A DNA stretch of 64,000 nt. Source: Euglena gracilis (Eukaryota). The notes beneath the pieces were generated by a model. That model made no database searches. It was not told the DNA's origin and was given only the letters and a program-made list of their open reading frames with translations. Below, piece by piece: positions 52,358 to 64,000 of this stretch; positions within the stretch are counted from its first letter, which is position 1; the number at the start of each line of letters is the position of its first letter. Location: NCBI GenBank assembly GCA_039621445.1, contig CP154954.1:15518140-15582139 (forward strand), given 5' to 3'. Made by a program: the position numbers and the translations under genes.

Positions 52358-53162
52358 TATAGTATATAGTATAGTATATAGTATAGGATATAGTATATAG
52401 TATAGTATAGTATAGTATTGTATAGTACAGTATAGTATAGTATAGTATAGTATAGTATAGTATAGTATAGTATAGTATAGTATAGTATAGTATAGTATAG
52501 TATAGTATAGTATAGTATAGTATAGTATAGTATAGTATAGTATAGTATAGTATAGTATAGTATAGTATAGTATAGTATAGTATAGTATAGTATAGTATAG
52601 TATAGTATAGTATAGTATAGTCTAGTATAGTATAGTATAGTATAGTATAGTATAGTATAGTATAGTATAGTATAGCATAGCATAGCATAGTATAGTATAG
52701 TATAGTATAGTATAGTATAGTATAGTATAGTATAGCATAGCATAGCATAGTATAGTATAGTATAGTATAGTATAGTATAGTAGTATAGTATAGTATAGTA
52801 TAGTATAGTATAGTATAGTATAGTATAGTATAGTATAGTATAGTATAGTATAGTATAGTATAGTATAGTATAGTATAGTATAGTATAGTATAGTACAGTA
52901 TAGTATAGTATAGTATAGTATAGTATAGTATAGTATAGTATAGTAGTATAGTATAGTATAGTATAGTATAGTATAGTATAGTATAGTATAGTATAGTAGT
53001 ATAGTATAGTATAGTATAGTATAGTATAGTATAGTATAGTATAGTATAGTATAGTATAGTATAGTATAGTATAGTATAGTATAGTATAGTATAGTATAGT
53101 ATAGTATAGTATAGTATAGTATAGTATAGTATAGTATAGTATAGTATAGTATAGTATAGCAT
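52358..53162. repeat. (TATAG)n microsatellite, longest tract
   Basis: Directly visible; other tracts lie between the elements from 42984 to 56770. Confidence 0.97.
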
Positions 53163-54388
53163 AGGTGTCACAAGGGGGGTCGGGAGGGGCGGCCGCCCCC
53201 CCCCCCCCCGGGATTTTGGAAAGAAAATTTTTTTTGCAACATGAATGTGATATTTTGGTTTGTAATGCCATGTTCAATGGTTCAAAGGGCGTTACCGTCT
53301 CGGCTGCCTTCGGCAGCCACCTTGCCAGTTAAAAGCACATTTTTGGAGAATGAAATTGCAAATCCATTGCCGTCTCGGCCGCCTTTGGCGGCCGAAATAA
53401 AAATCCTTGAAAAAACCCCACGGCACTTCTTGGTGTTTAAACCGGCGTTTGAGACGCCGGGGTCAGGACATAACCGGCGTCCCCCGCTACGGGTTTTCCG
53501 GACGCCGGTTCTGTCCTAAAACCCAGCGCCAGGAACGCCGGTTCTGTCCAAAACCCAGCGTCCGGTTTGGATCTTGGCCACAAACCGACTTTTTTCCCCT
53601 CCTTTGGTGCTAATTGTTTTTTGGGACCCCACAAACCACTTTCACCTTGGCTGTTTGAATACAAATTGGTATCCCCATATGTTCTTGACCAACCGAGTTT
53701 GGGGGAAACTCTTCGGGTCAACGAAAAAAATGATTTTGCGCAAAGTGAAAAAAATGGCTTCTTCACCCCCCCCCCCAGGTTGCGAAGTCGACAGTTGGAC
53801 ATGATTTCGCTTTCTAGCTCAAGTTTTTGGAGCATTAGACTTCAAAAAAGTCGTTAGCGTCTCAGCCCCTTCGGGGCCAGGGGGACAGAAAAAAATACAT
53901 TTTTGTTGTGCCATGAAAAAAATTTTCCTTGGCGCTTCGCGCCGGGAAAAAATGGATTTGTCCAAATTTTGTCGGTTCCTCGCCCCCCCCGGGAAAAAAT
54001 TGTTCCGACACCGCTGTAGTATAGTATAGTATAGTATAGTATAGTATAGTATAGTATAGTATAGTATAGTATAGTATAGTATAGTATAGTATAGTATAGT
54101 ATAGTATAGTATAGTATAGTATAGTATAGTATAGTATAGTATAGTATAGTATAGTATAGTATAGTATAGTATAGTATAGTATAGTATAGTATAGTATGGT
54201 ATAGTATAGTATAGTTTAGTATAGTATAGTAAATAGTATAGTATAGTATAGTATATATTTTTGTGTATAGTATGGTATATAGTACAATATAAGTATATGG
54301 TATAGTATAGTATATAGTATATAGTATAGTAAAGTATATAGTTATAGTAGATGGTATAGTATAGTATATAGTATAGCATAGTATAGTA

Positions 54389-54826
54389 TGGGAGGTTAGG
54401 CAGGGGTGGGGGGGGGGCTGTGGACACCCCGGTGAAGTTCACCGGTGAACATTCACCGGGGGGGGGTACGTTCGGCGGTGAAGTTCACCGGTGAAGTTCA
54501 CCGGTGAACTTCACCGTTTTGATGGTTGGGGGTGAAATTTTCATGGGTAAAAATTTGCTCCTTTCCTCTCAAAATGGTCATTTTGAGGTTGATGCTTCAT
54601 GGAATTTTATCGAAATTTCCGAAAACTTGCCCAAAATGCCATTTTGGCCATTTTTGGCCAAAAAAGTACTCTCTTGGTGAACTTCACTGGTGAAGTTCAC
54701 CGATGGGTTAGGCAGAGGGGGGGGGGAGGGGGTCCGGGACCCCCGGTGAACTTTCAAACGGTGAACTTCACCATAGGGGGGGGGAGGGGGTCAAAATGAC
54801 CAAAGTTTACTGCCTGATCTCCATGG
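54389..54826. mobile_element. MITE with repeated near-palindromic GGTGAAGTTCACC motifs
   Basis: Imperfect TIR GGAG(G/A)T(T/C)AGGCAG; TATAG tracts on both sides. Confidence 0.7.
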
Positions 54827-55682
54827 TATAGTACAATATGTATGGTATGGTATGTATAGTATAGTATGGTATGGTATGGTATAGTATAGTATAGTATAGT
54901 ATAGTATAGTATAGTATAGTATAGTATAGTATAGTATAGTATAGTATAGTATAGTATAGTATAGTATAGCATAATATGGTATAGTCTAGTATAGTCTAGT
55001 CTAGTATGGTCTAGTCTAGTATAGTATAGTATAGTATAGTATAGTATAGTATAGTATAGTATAGTATAGTATAGTATAGTTTTGTATAGTATAGTATAGT
55101 ATAGTATAGTATAGTATAGTATAGTATAGTATAGTATAGTATAGTATAGTATAGCATAGGATAGCATAGCATAGCATAGTATAGTATAGTATAGTATAGT
55201 ATAGTATAGTATAGTCCAGTCTAGTCTAGTCTAGTCTAGTCTAGTCTAGTATAGTATAGTATAGTATAGTATAGTATAGTATAGTATAGTATAGTATAGT
55301 ATAGTATAGTATAGTATAGTATAGTATAGTATAGTATAGTATAGTATAGTATAGTATAGTGGAGCTTTGGCAGGGGGGAGGGGGTGTCCAGAGGTCAGTT
55401 TTTTTTGCATTTTTGGCACTTTTTGCTGTACTGTCTCAACACACGGGGGGGAGGGTACTGGTGTCCCAACTGTACTGCCAACCCCCCCTCAAAAATTGGC
55501 AAAAAAACTGGTGCCGAAGGCGCCGGAAAAAAATTTTAGGGCCTTTTTTGGTGTCAAAATTTTCATCTGTCTCGGGGGGGTCGGCACTAGGGGGGGGGGT
55601 CCCAAAAATCCCAACTGTACAGGGGGGGAGAGGGGGGGGGGTCCCCAAAAAACCCCAACTGTACTGCTGTCGCCCCAGTATA

Positions 55683-56546
55683 CCATGCCCCCCCCCCCAT
55701 ATGGTACCCCCCATAATGTACCATACTTGTAGTTAGTGCAACCGGAAAAAATGTTTCCGTGCGCCGCGACCACCGCGTAAAATTTTTTTGTAACTGGCAG
55801 CGCCACGGCAAAAATTTTTCTATGCGCCGCGAATGCGGCGGCACCAGTTTATGTGTGCGCCGCGACGGCCGCAGAAACTTTTTGAGGTTTGTGCCGCGAC
55901 CACCGCGGCAATTGTCTTTTTAAATTGTGTCCCACATATACTTCCTTTTGGCCCCTTCCCTTGCCTGGCCTCTTTGATATTTTTTTTTGTGCAAGCGTTC
56001 TTGTTTGTTTTCATAGATCAGCTTTCACCATCTATTAATCTAATTGTTTCCACCCAAAAAATGTTGGGTGTTGTGTTGCTGCCAATACGTTCTTGAGCGG
56101 GCAGAATTTTTTTTTTGCGCCGCAACCATTACGGAAAAAATTTCTCCTTGCGCCGCGACCACCGCGGCAATAAATTTTGCTTGTGCTGTGACAGCCGCGG
56201 CAAAAATCTTTCTGTGCGCTGCGACCACCGCGGAAACAAATTTTCTGCGCCACGGCATGAGCGCCGCGGCGCACTAACTACAAGTATGTAATGTACCCCC
56301 CCCAATTTCCTCATGAAGAAAATTAAAGGTCTTTTTTTTTGACGGTTCACGGGTCTGCATATTGTACCCCCCCCATAATGTACCTCCCCCACCCCCCCAC
56401 CCCCCATTGGATTGACTGTGTATGGTTTCGATCGGAGTGACCATGGACCATGACCTTGCCCCCCCCCCCCATATTGTACCCCCCCCCATAATGTACCTCC
56501 CCCCAGAGAATGGCTCCCAGGGGGGGTACAATATGGGGGGGCATGT
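55683..56546. mobile_element. MITE of the 48337-48627 family with a nested element at 55726-56284
   Basis: CCATGCCCCCC ends; nested perfect inverted repeat CATACTTGTAGTTAGTGC / GCACTAACTACAAGTATG with internal GCCGCGACCACCGCG repeats. Confidence 0.85.
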
Positions 56547-56683
56547 TAGTATAGTATAGTGTAGTATAGTTGTATAGTATAGTATAGTATAGTATAGTAT
56601 AGTATAGTATAGTATAGTATAGTATAGTCTAGTATAGTTTTTTTTTTTTTATTTTTTTTTTTTTTTTTTTTTTTTTTTGTATA

Positions 56684-56718
<35 letters not shown>

Positions 56719-56767
56719 GTATAGTATAGTATAGTATAGTATAGTATAGTATAGTATAGTATAGTAT

Positions 56768-56818
<51 letters not shown>

Positions 56819-56895
56819 TTTTTTTGTTTGTTTTTTTTTGTAGTGTAGTGTAGTGTAGTGTAGTGTAGTGTAGTGTAGTGTAGTGTGGTGTGGTG

Positions 56896-58418
56896 TAGGG
56901 CGCAAGGCGGTAGACTGGGGGGGGGGGTAGTGGGTAGTCGGCCGACTAGTCGGCCGACTACCCAATTGGTCCACCGACTAGTCCTAGTCGGTAGCTAGTC
57001 GGCGAGACAGGGGGGGGGGGGTAGTGGGTAGTCGGCCAACTAGTCGGCCGACTACCCACTCTAATGTACTAACGGGTCAAAACCGCCGACTTTTAAGCCC
57101 CCCCCCATGAACAAAATCCAATGCAATCTAGTCGGTGGCTAGTCGGCGGTCATAAAAATGGTCTGTGGCGGGCCCAAATCACCCGGAAATGGTCCGGATG
57201 GGTCCAAATAAGTGTCTTACGCCTAAATAAACACCCCCAGATGGAAATCTTTGGTCAGTGGGGGGTCGGTGGGCCCTTGGTGGGGGTCCGGAGGGGTAAA
57301 AAACCAATGATGAAACAGGGATTACATTAAAATCCTTTAGAAATGCAATCTGCAATCTGCGTTTTGCATCACGAGAGGCAGAAAACTCCCCCCTCCACCC
57401 CAATCCGAGACTCAAATAACAAAATCCCTTCTGTGTTGGCAACGTACTCGGGGGCTAAGTCGTTTTTGTGGCTCACTTTGGCATAGGCGGGGGGGGGCTC
57501 CGCCCCCCCCGCACCCCCCCCCTCAAATAACAAAATCCCTTCTGTGTTGGCAACATACTCGGGGGCTAAGTCGTTTTTGTGGCTCACTTTGGCATAGGCG
57601 GGGGGGGGCTCCGCCCCCCCCGCACCCCCCCCCTCAAATAACAAAATCCCTTCTCTGTTGGCAACATACTCGGGGGCTAAGTCGTTTTTGTGGCTCACTT
57701 TGGCATAGGCGGGGGGGGCTCCGCCCCCCCCGCACCCCCCCCCTCAAATAACAAAATCCCTTCTCTGTTGGCAACATATTCGGGGGGTAAGTCGTTTTGT
57801 GTGGCTCACTTTGGCATAGGCGGGGGGGGCTCCGCCCCCCCCGCACCCCCCCCCCTCAAATAACAAAATCCCTTCTGTGTTGGCAACATACTCGGGGGCT
57901 AAGTCGTTTTTGTGGCTTACTTTGGCATAGGCGGGGGGGGGCTCCGCCCCCCCCGCACCCCCCCCCCCTCAAATAACAAAATCCCTTCTATGTTGGCTAT
58001 AGACTTGGGGGATAAGAACCTTTTTTTGTGCAAATTTTGACTTATACTGAAAATTCAATGGGGAGAGGTGTACTTTTGTCAAAAGTGGCCCAAAATGGAC
58101 ATTTTCCCCCAATTTTTTTGCATATTCACCCCCGATTGGGGGGTTCTGGAGCCATTTGGGTCGGTTTTGACCGGCGTTGAGGTGATTTAGACATTTTTTT
58201 TTACCAGGGGGGGGGCTTAAAAGTCGGCGGTTTTGACCCGTTAGTACATTAGAGTGGGTAGTCGGCCGACTAGTCGGCCGACTACCCACTACCCCCCCGC
58301 CGACTAGCCACCGACCAATTAGTCGGCCGACTAGTCGGTGGACCAATTGGGTAGTCGGCCGACTAGTCGGCCGACTACCCACTACCCCCCCCCCCCCCCA
58401 GTCTACCGTTTGGCACTG
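56896..58418. mobile_element. Foldback element with ~200-bp TIRs
   Basis: 56908-57105 is inverted relative to 58207-58408 and is built from TAGTCGGCCGACTA palindromes. Confidence 0.9.
57411..58000. repeat. ~111-bp tandem repeat, 5 full copies plus a partial copy
   Basis: Units start at 57411, 57522, 57633, 57743, 57855 and 57968. Confidence 0.95.
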
Positions 58419-59038
58419 TGGTGTAGTGTGGTGTAGTGTAGTGTAGTATAGTATACATATAAGTTACAGTGTAGTGTAATTCGTGGGGCACCTAGGTCCC
58501 ACCTCGAGCTGTCCCCCCCCTCCCCCGCACTGTTCCCATTGAGACGTAAAGGTTCTTGGGACAGGAATAGCTCAGGGCTCGATGGGGGGGGTATGGTATG
58601 TTTGTATATACTATGCACATATGCATAATATTTTAGAGATATATATCTTCCTCTTTTATGTGGGAAACACACAAATGCATTTGAGGAATGCTGAGGGCGG
58701 ATGGGGTTTGCAGGTATTCAGACCATACTTTCAGCTATTATACAGCAAAACACATGTTTCTTTTAACCTTGATATGTGCGGTTCAGGGAGCTTAAAGCTG
58801 GTGAGGACCCTGACCCTATCGGGGATCCAATCAGCCAACAACAACTACCAGCGGGGGGGGGGGTCCGGCAAAGCTATGTCGGGTTGGACCGACGTTTATT
58901 TTAAAAGGGGACTGAAAGGGCCAAAATGATCGTTCTGAGTATTTTTTGGGGTGATTTCAGCTCAAAGTATTTTGGGGGCGAGAATTTTTCAACCGAGCTG
59001 GGTTTGGGCTTCAGCCAGGTGGCCGGTAGCCACCCCCT

Positions 59039-59421
59039 ACCCTCACCCCCCCCCCCCTATTTGGCTAATGGCCGGGCTCCTTCAGACCCCCAATTAGTTA
59101 GCCAATTAGGGGGGGGGGACAATTAGGTGGGGGGCTCGAGGACCCCGACCCCATAATTTTTGACGTGTGCAAAATTGGTCGATTTTTTGAGCATTTTTGG
59201 ATTGGTTATGACTTTTTCTTATCCGGCAATTTTTAACATTTTCGAAACGGACAATTTTGGAGGTTTTCTGAGCCCTTGCCGAAATTGGCCAAAGTTGGCC
59301 AAGGGACCGTCCATTGGCCAATTGGGCAACCCCCCCCCCCCTAATTGGCTAATGGACCTCCCTTAAGGACCCCCCAATTAGCCAATTGGGGGGGGGGGGC
59401 AATTAGGGGGGGGGTGAGGGT
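59039..59421. mobile_element. MITE
   Basis: TA-CCCTCACCCCCCC ... GGGGGGTGAGGG-TA; CCAATTAG repeats shared with 47967-48232. Confidence 0.8.
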
Positions 59422-59856
59422 AGTTGGCTCTGTCAGGGTTGACATTTTTTTTGCACCTGTTGAGTCGGATCATATGGCACCTCGACAAACAATTGTGTTC
59501 TCAATTGAGCATTTTGGGAGATTGGTTCCAAACGTGGAGAATTTTTGACCGTGGTTTTGGAGATGGAAAAGACAATGGGGGTTTTTTGGGCTTGGGACCC
59601 CATTGGGGGCCCCCCCCCAATTGACCCCCCCAATTTGGCTAGGGGACATTGGGGGGGGGCAACCCCCAATTAGGGGGGGGGGGGCAGGGGGGGGGGGGGG
59701 GGACATGACTGGGAGTCGGATCATTGGCACAGACAAACAATTGTGGGGATCCTGTTTTGGCCTGTTTCCAATGTTGGCAGGGACATTCCCAAATGGAGAA
59801 TTTCTTGAGGAACCCAGTGGGGAGATGGGTCCAGCAAGCCAACTGGAAACAGGTCC

Positions 59857-60135
59857 CAGAGGGCTTTTTTTTTAGTCTTGGACCCCCTCCCCCCGGGGGG
59901 AAGGGGGGTAGGGTGGGTGGGTCTCTTGGACCCCCTGGTAGGTATAACCTTTTCGGTGCCGAAGGTGCCTTAATTTTGAAAAGGGTGCTATTTTTAGCAT
60001 TTTGGCCATTTTCGGGCAAAAGTGGCTGGGTCCCCTGGGACCCCCCCCCCCCGGGGGGGGGGGGCCCACCCCAGGGGGGGTGGGTGGGTGCCGACCCCCT
60101 GCCCCCCTCCCCCCCCTGTCTTAAAAAAAACCCTG
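59857..60135. mobile_element. hAT-like MITE with TSD
   Basis: Direct repeat AACAGGTCC at 59848-59856 and 60136-60144; right end CTTAAAAAAAACCCTG. Confidence 0.8.
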
Positions 60136-61834
60136 AACAGGTCCTGGCTGGAAAAAAGGTGTTGCCGTGGAGCCTCCTCCACGTCATCAATTTTCATCAT
60201 CAACAAAATCTTTTTTTTGATGATGATCAGAATCTGAAAACAGTTTGTGATCATTTGAAGGAATGGGGGGTTCAGAATTCAAGCCCACAGTTGAATTTTT
60301 TCCGAAGAGCATTGTTATATTTGCCTTGACAGGGTCAGCAACATGGGGTGACCCGAGTGGGGCGGTTTTGGTGGTCGACCCGATGGCCACCCACTTTCTC
60401 TGCAGGGAGGTTCTCTGCTGCATGGAGATCCGCATCCCGTTCACCTTTGTACTGACCCTTGTGCCCTGGCAGGGTCTCCAATTCCCCAGCCCATGAACTG
60501 GATTTTTCTGTTGATTCGCAGCAGGTTTTCTCCGCGACCCTGGGAGCACCTGTTGGAGGTAGTCAACAGTGGGGCCTCCATCTCTCTATTTGGGGGCGTC
60601 CTTTGTATTGTCTGTTGTGCCATACTTGCACCTGTTATTTCTTATGCAAATGTGCCCAGGAACAGCACAGTGTCTTTGTCATCCACAGCGTTCCCCTTGG
60701 GTCTTATCCTGAGCTCGAATGGACCCTTTTGCCCGAGTAATTTTTTTTGGAATTCGGACAGTTTGCGGACAGCTACTTCCCATGCAGACAGGCAACGCTG
60801 CCAAGTGTCAACCCTCGCCCTATCGCTGGTGCCGGCCATCGTCATCTGGGTGGTATTTATGGACCTCATGACGTCCTCTGTGGACCTGCTGCGAGGCACC
60901 ACGCAGGACTCCATGGACTCAATGGTCCAGAACATCGTGGGTGTGTTGATGTCCAGGTTGAGGTGGATCCCCCCAGACATTCAACAGAGGGCAGGAGGGA
61001 AAATTATGTTGTTTCATAAATTGGTTTATTTTTGAACAATTCAAGAAAATATGTATCTGGGAGAATTTTCTTTTTTTGCATAATCTCTTTTCGACCTCAC
61101 AATTTTTGAAAAGAATATGAATCTCCAACAGAAATCTGCTCCTTAGGGATTCCGTTCCCTTAGTTTTTTGTTCTTTATTTTAGTATTGTGCAGCATAGCA
61201 TTATTGCAATTTTGCTGCTTTGAAAAGCATGCCGCAATTTGCTGTAAATTATGCAAGTTAAAAGTTGTATCATGATATGCAGGGTATCGAAATGACATGC
61301 ATTGCAACCATTTTTTGGTATTCCATCCTGTTCTTTTTTCTATGCATTCTTGCATTTATTTGATTTTTTATGGGATGTAAGTATGCAGGCTTTTTTACCC
61401 AAAAGAGATTGAGATTTTTTTTGTTGAAGTTTCGGAAGGTTTCTCCAGAATTTCATTCAGAACTTGCATTTCTGGCTTTGCATGATTTTTGCATGTTTTT
61501 GCATACCAACCTGCTTTGCCTTTTTGTCCCTCCGCTGCCTCCCCTGCTCACAAACTGGCCTCCCCAATGCCCTATCCCCACCCTGGAATCGAACCAATCG
61601 ATTGACCGGTTCGATGCATTACTTGCGGAGGGCGAGAGTGAGAACACGGAGCTGTCGTTGATGGTGCAGGGCAGTGGGGTGCTGGCCTATGGCCAGGCGC
61701 CTGCTGGCGTCCTGGGTTACACATGTGTTTTTTTTTGGAAGATGTGGTCCATGCGGGCAATGACCCTGAACATGTTCCTGATCCCTCTGCTTTTCTTCTT
61801 TGACAAAGAAAAGGTGTTTTTGCAGGATGGTGGG

Positions 61835-62130
61835 CAGGCTTCTTTTTAAGTCACCTGACTCCCCCCCCCCCCCCCGGGGGGAGGGGGGTGGGTGTGTGGT
61901 CCCGGGCCGGACGCCCCCGGGGGGGGGGGGTCCCGCGCCGGAGGCGCTGGGTATACCTTTTCGGCGCGAAGCGCCGAAAATTTTTGAAAATTGCCTTTAA
62001 CGGGCCCGATTTTGGGGGGGTCCCCGGACCCCCCCCCCCCCCCCCCCCCCCCCGGGGGGGTCCCGCGCCACCCTGGGTGGGTGGGGGGGGACCCCCCCTC
62101 CCCCCCCCGGGGGTCTTAAAAAGAAGCCTG
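61835..62130. mobile_element. hAT-type MITE with perfect 16-bp TIR and 8-bp TSD
   Basis: TIR CAGGCTTCTTTTTAAG; TSD ATGGTGGG at 61827-61834 and 62131-62138. Related ends occur at 62147 and 63058-63212. Confidence 0.93.
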
Positions 62131-64000
62131 ATGGTGGGATTGGGCACAGGCTTCTTTTTAAGTCAAAGACCCCCCTGGGGGGGGATGGGTCTGGGGCTGG
62201 ACCCCGCGGGGGGGGGTCCTGGGCCAGATGCCTGGTTATGGGTTTCGGCACGAAGTGCCAGAAATTCTTTGGGAAATGGCCTCAGACGGCGCGGTTTTTG
62301 GGAGCCCCCCTCCCGCCTGGATTTGTATCGACCATGCGGCAACGTTTGGGCAGCCACTGGCTCGTGGTTCTTGCGTGGACCCCTTTTCCAGGACGGAATT
62401 TTGGTTGATTTTGGGGTTGCGAAGAAAGAACTTATTGGCCCTGACCACCAGCCCGGGGCAAATGCAACAAAATCGCATTGAGAGCGCAGGGCCCTGGCAA
62501 CGACCTTCGCCCGCCGCGATTCGATATCCCACGGCTGGGTCTGCCCACTTCTGCCCCTGGTGGCAATGGGATTGGAAAGTCCCTGTGTCCTGGACTCAGA
62601 CTGGTCAGCCGCATGGCCCAGCAATGTTCTTACTGTGTTATTATTTTTCAATCTTTTATTATGTTAGTTCATAATTATTATATTTTACATCATTATTGCA
62701 TCATAGCATTATATTATTAATTATTATCCTAATATAATATCAGATTTTTTATTTTATTTTAGTATCATATTCTTTATTTCCAACCCTGAACCGAAATCCC
62801 TGTTGTTGTTTTTTTTTCTGACAAACTTGTGACAAAAGTCTCTTCAAACTTCATGGTAAAGTTGTGATTCCATTTGGTTTCGCCTGAAATACTTTTCCCG
62901 ACCAACATCATTGCATGTTTTCTTGCAAATTTCCGTTTACACCATTCGAAGCCGAAGGGAGTTATATGACTTGCACCGTGGAATAACCCCCCCCCCACCA
63001 GTCATAAACCCTCTCCGCTCCCTTTTTGTTCAAACCCAATCGAGGAAGATTACTTGGCAGGCTACTTGTCCAGTCAGAAGACCCCCAGGGTGGGGGGGAT
63101 GGGGGGGGTCCAGGGCCGGACCCCCCCCCCCCCCCGCCTGGCGGGGTCCTGCACCGGGCTGAATGGGTGGGGTGTGGGCCCCCCCTCCCCAGGGGTATTA
63201 AAAAGATGTCTGGTATTTGGCCCGTCTCTGATGTGGGCGGAGACATGGTTGTTTTTTTCGTTCTCTTCTCCAGCATGAGTTGTATTGGGACTTAGTGCCA
63301 TTTCAGGTGGCCATGTCCTGATGGTTCGGGAGTGGATACCATGTTTGTGTGTGCCAGTGCTGTCTTTGCCTGTGTCTGGAAGAGGGCAGGGGTGCCAGGC
63401 AGCCGCTTTCACTGGCCAGACTTTCACCGTAATGCAAGGCCACCCGGTGTTCTCCCAGGTGTCGGTGATCGGCAGTTTCCAGGACCCCACGGATGACCAG
63501 GCGCGATTTCCTCTTTTGATGAACGTCTCCGCAACCTTTCACACCTTCTTCTTTCAGGTGTGGAATTCGCCCTTTAACTGGTGATTTTTCGAATGGTGTT
63601 TGCAAATGCGTGTGTACCTGTCCCATCTTGAGGTTGCCATTTTTCCTGCTGGGGAGGTGTCACATGGTCCCTCTGACGTGCAAGGTGAGGTAGGTATAGT
63701 TGCATTCAGGTGTCAAAGTCAAGTTGACCACCTGGAGAATAAAAGCTGGGTCTCATTGGCGGGTCATATTGCGAGGGTGGGATGCAAACTCATTTCGTTT
63801 TTTGTGTTTTTGATATTGCCAAAATTTGTGGATTTTTTTGTATTCTTTCCCCTCTGGTTTATTGATTTTGAGAAATTCTGCACTTTGGCCCCGATTTTCC
63901 CCCTAGTTTTGTTAAAGCTTTGTCATTTGTGGCTTTTGCCCTCAAATTGCACATCTTTCGATCCAGGATGCTCCCAAAATCTACATAAAAAATGCATGAT

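Noticed and set aside
52335-53277. Long YYTIL-repeat ORFs, and VC/HT/YI-repeat ORFs elsewhere
   Set aside because: They are translations of stop-free microsatellite frames, not genes.
42984-56770. (TATAG)n as telomeric repeat
   Set aside because: The tracts are interstitial, interleaved with TIR elements, and not TTAGGG-like.
57411-58000. CRISPR-like array
   Set aside because: The units are near-identical along their whole length with no unique spacers, and no cas genes are present.

Overview
Repeat-rich eukaryotic nuclear DNA, most likely from a euglenid (Euglena-like). This assignment is an inference from non-GT-AG stem-forming introns and an EF-1alpha fragment. 1-13.4 kb holds the 3' part of a + strand gene of unknown function, split into short GC-rich exons by a mix of conventional GT-AG and nonconventional introns. 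One nonconventional intron is recognisably a hAT-type MITE plus one 8-bp target-site duplication (TSD). 13.4-27 kb is microsatellites, MITEs and decayed repeats. 27-41.5 kb is a nest of decayed retroelements: a DIRS-like element, an APE-type LINE, a ~7.7 kb element with terminal inverted repeats (TIRs), and a CRE-like RT+RLE element with an N6-adenine methyltransferase domain just upstream. 41.6-58.5 kb is a head-to-tail array of about 14 TIR elements separated by (TATAG)n tracts; one encodes a hAT transposase remnant and one carries a captured intron-containing EF-1alpha fragment. 58.5-64 kb has hAT MITEs with clear TSDs in unassigned decayed sequence. No rRNA, tRNA or CRISPR array was recognised. 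All calls were made by eye and boundaries are approximate unless stated.
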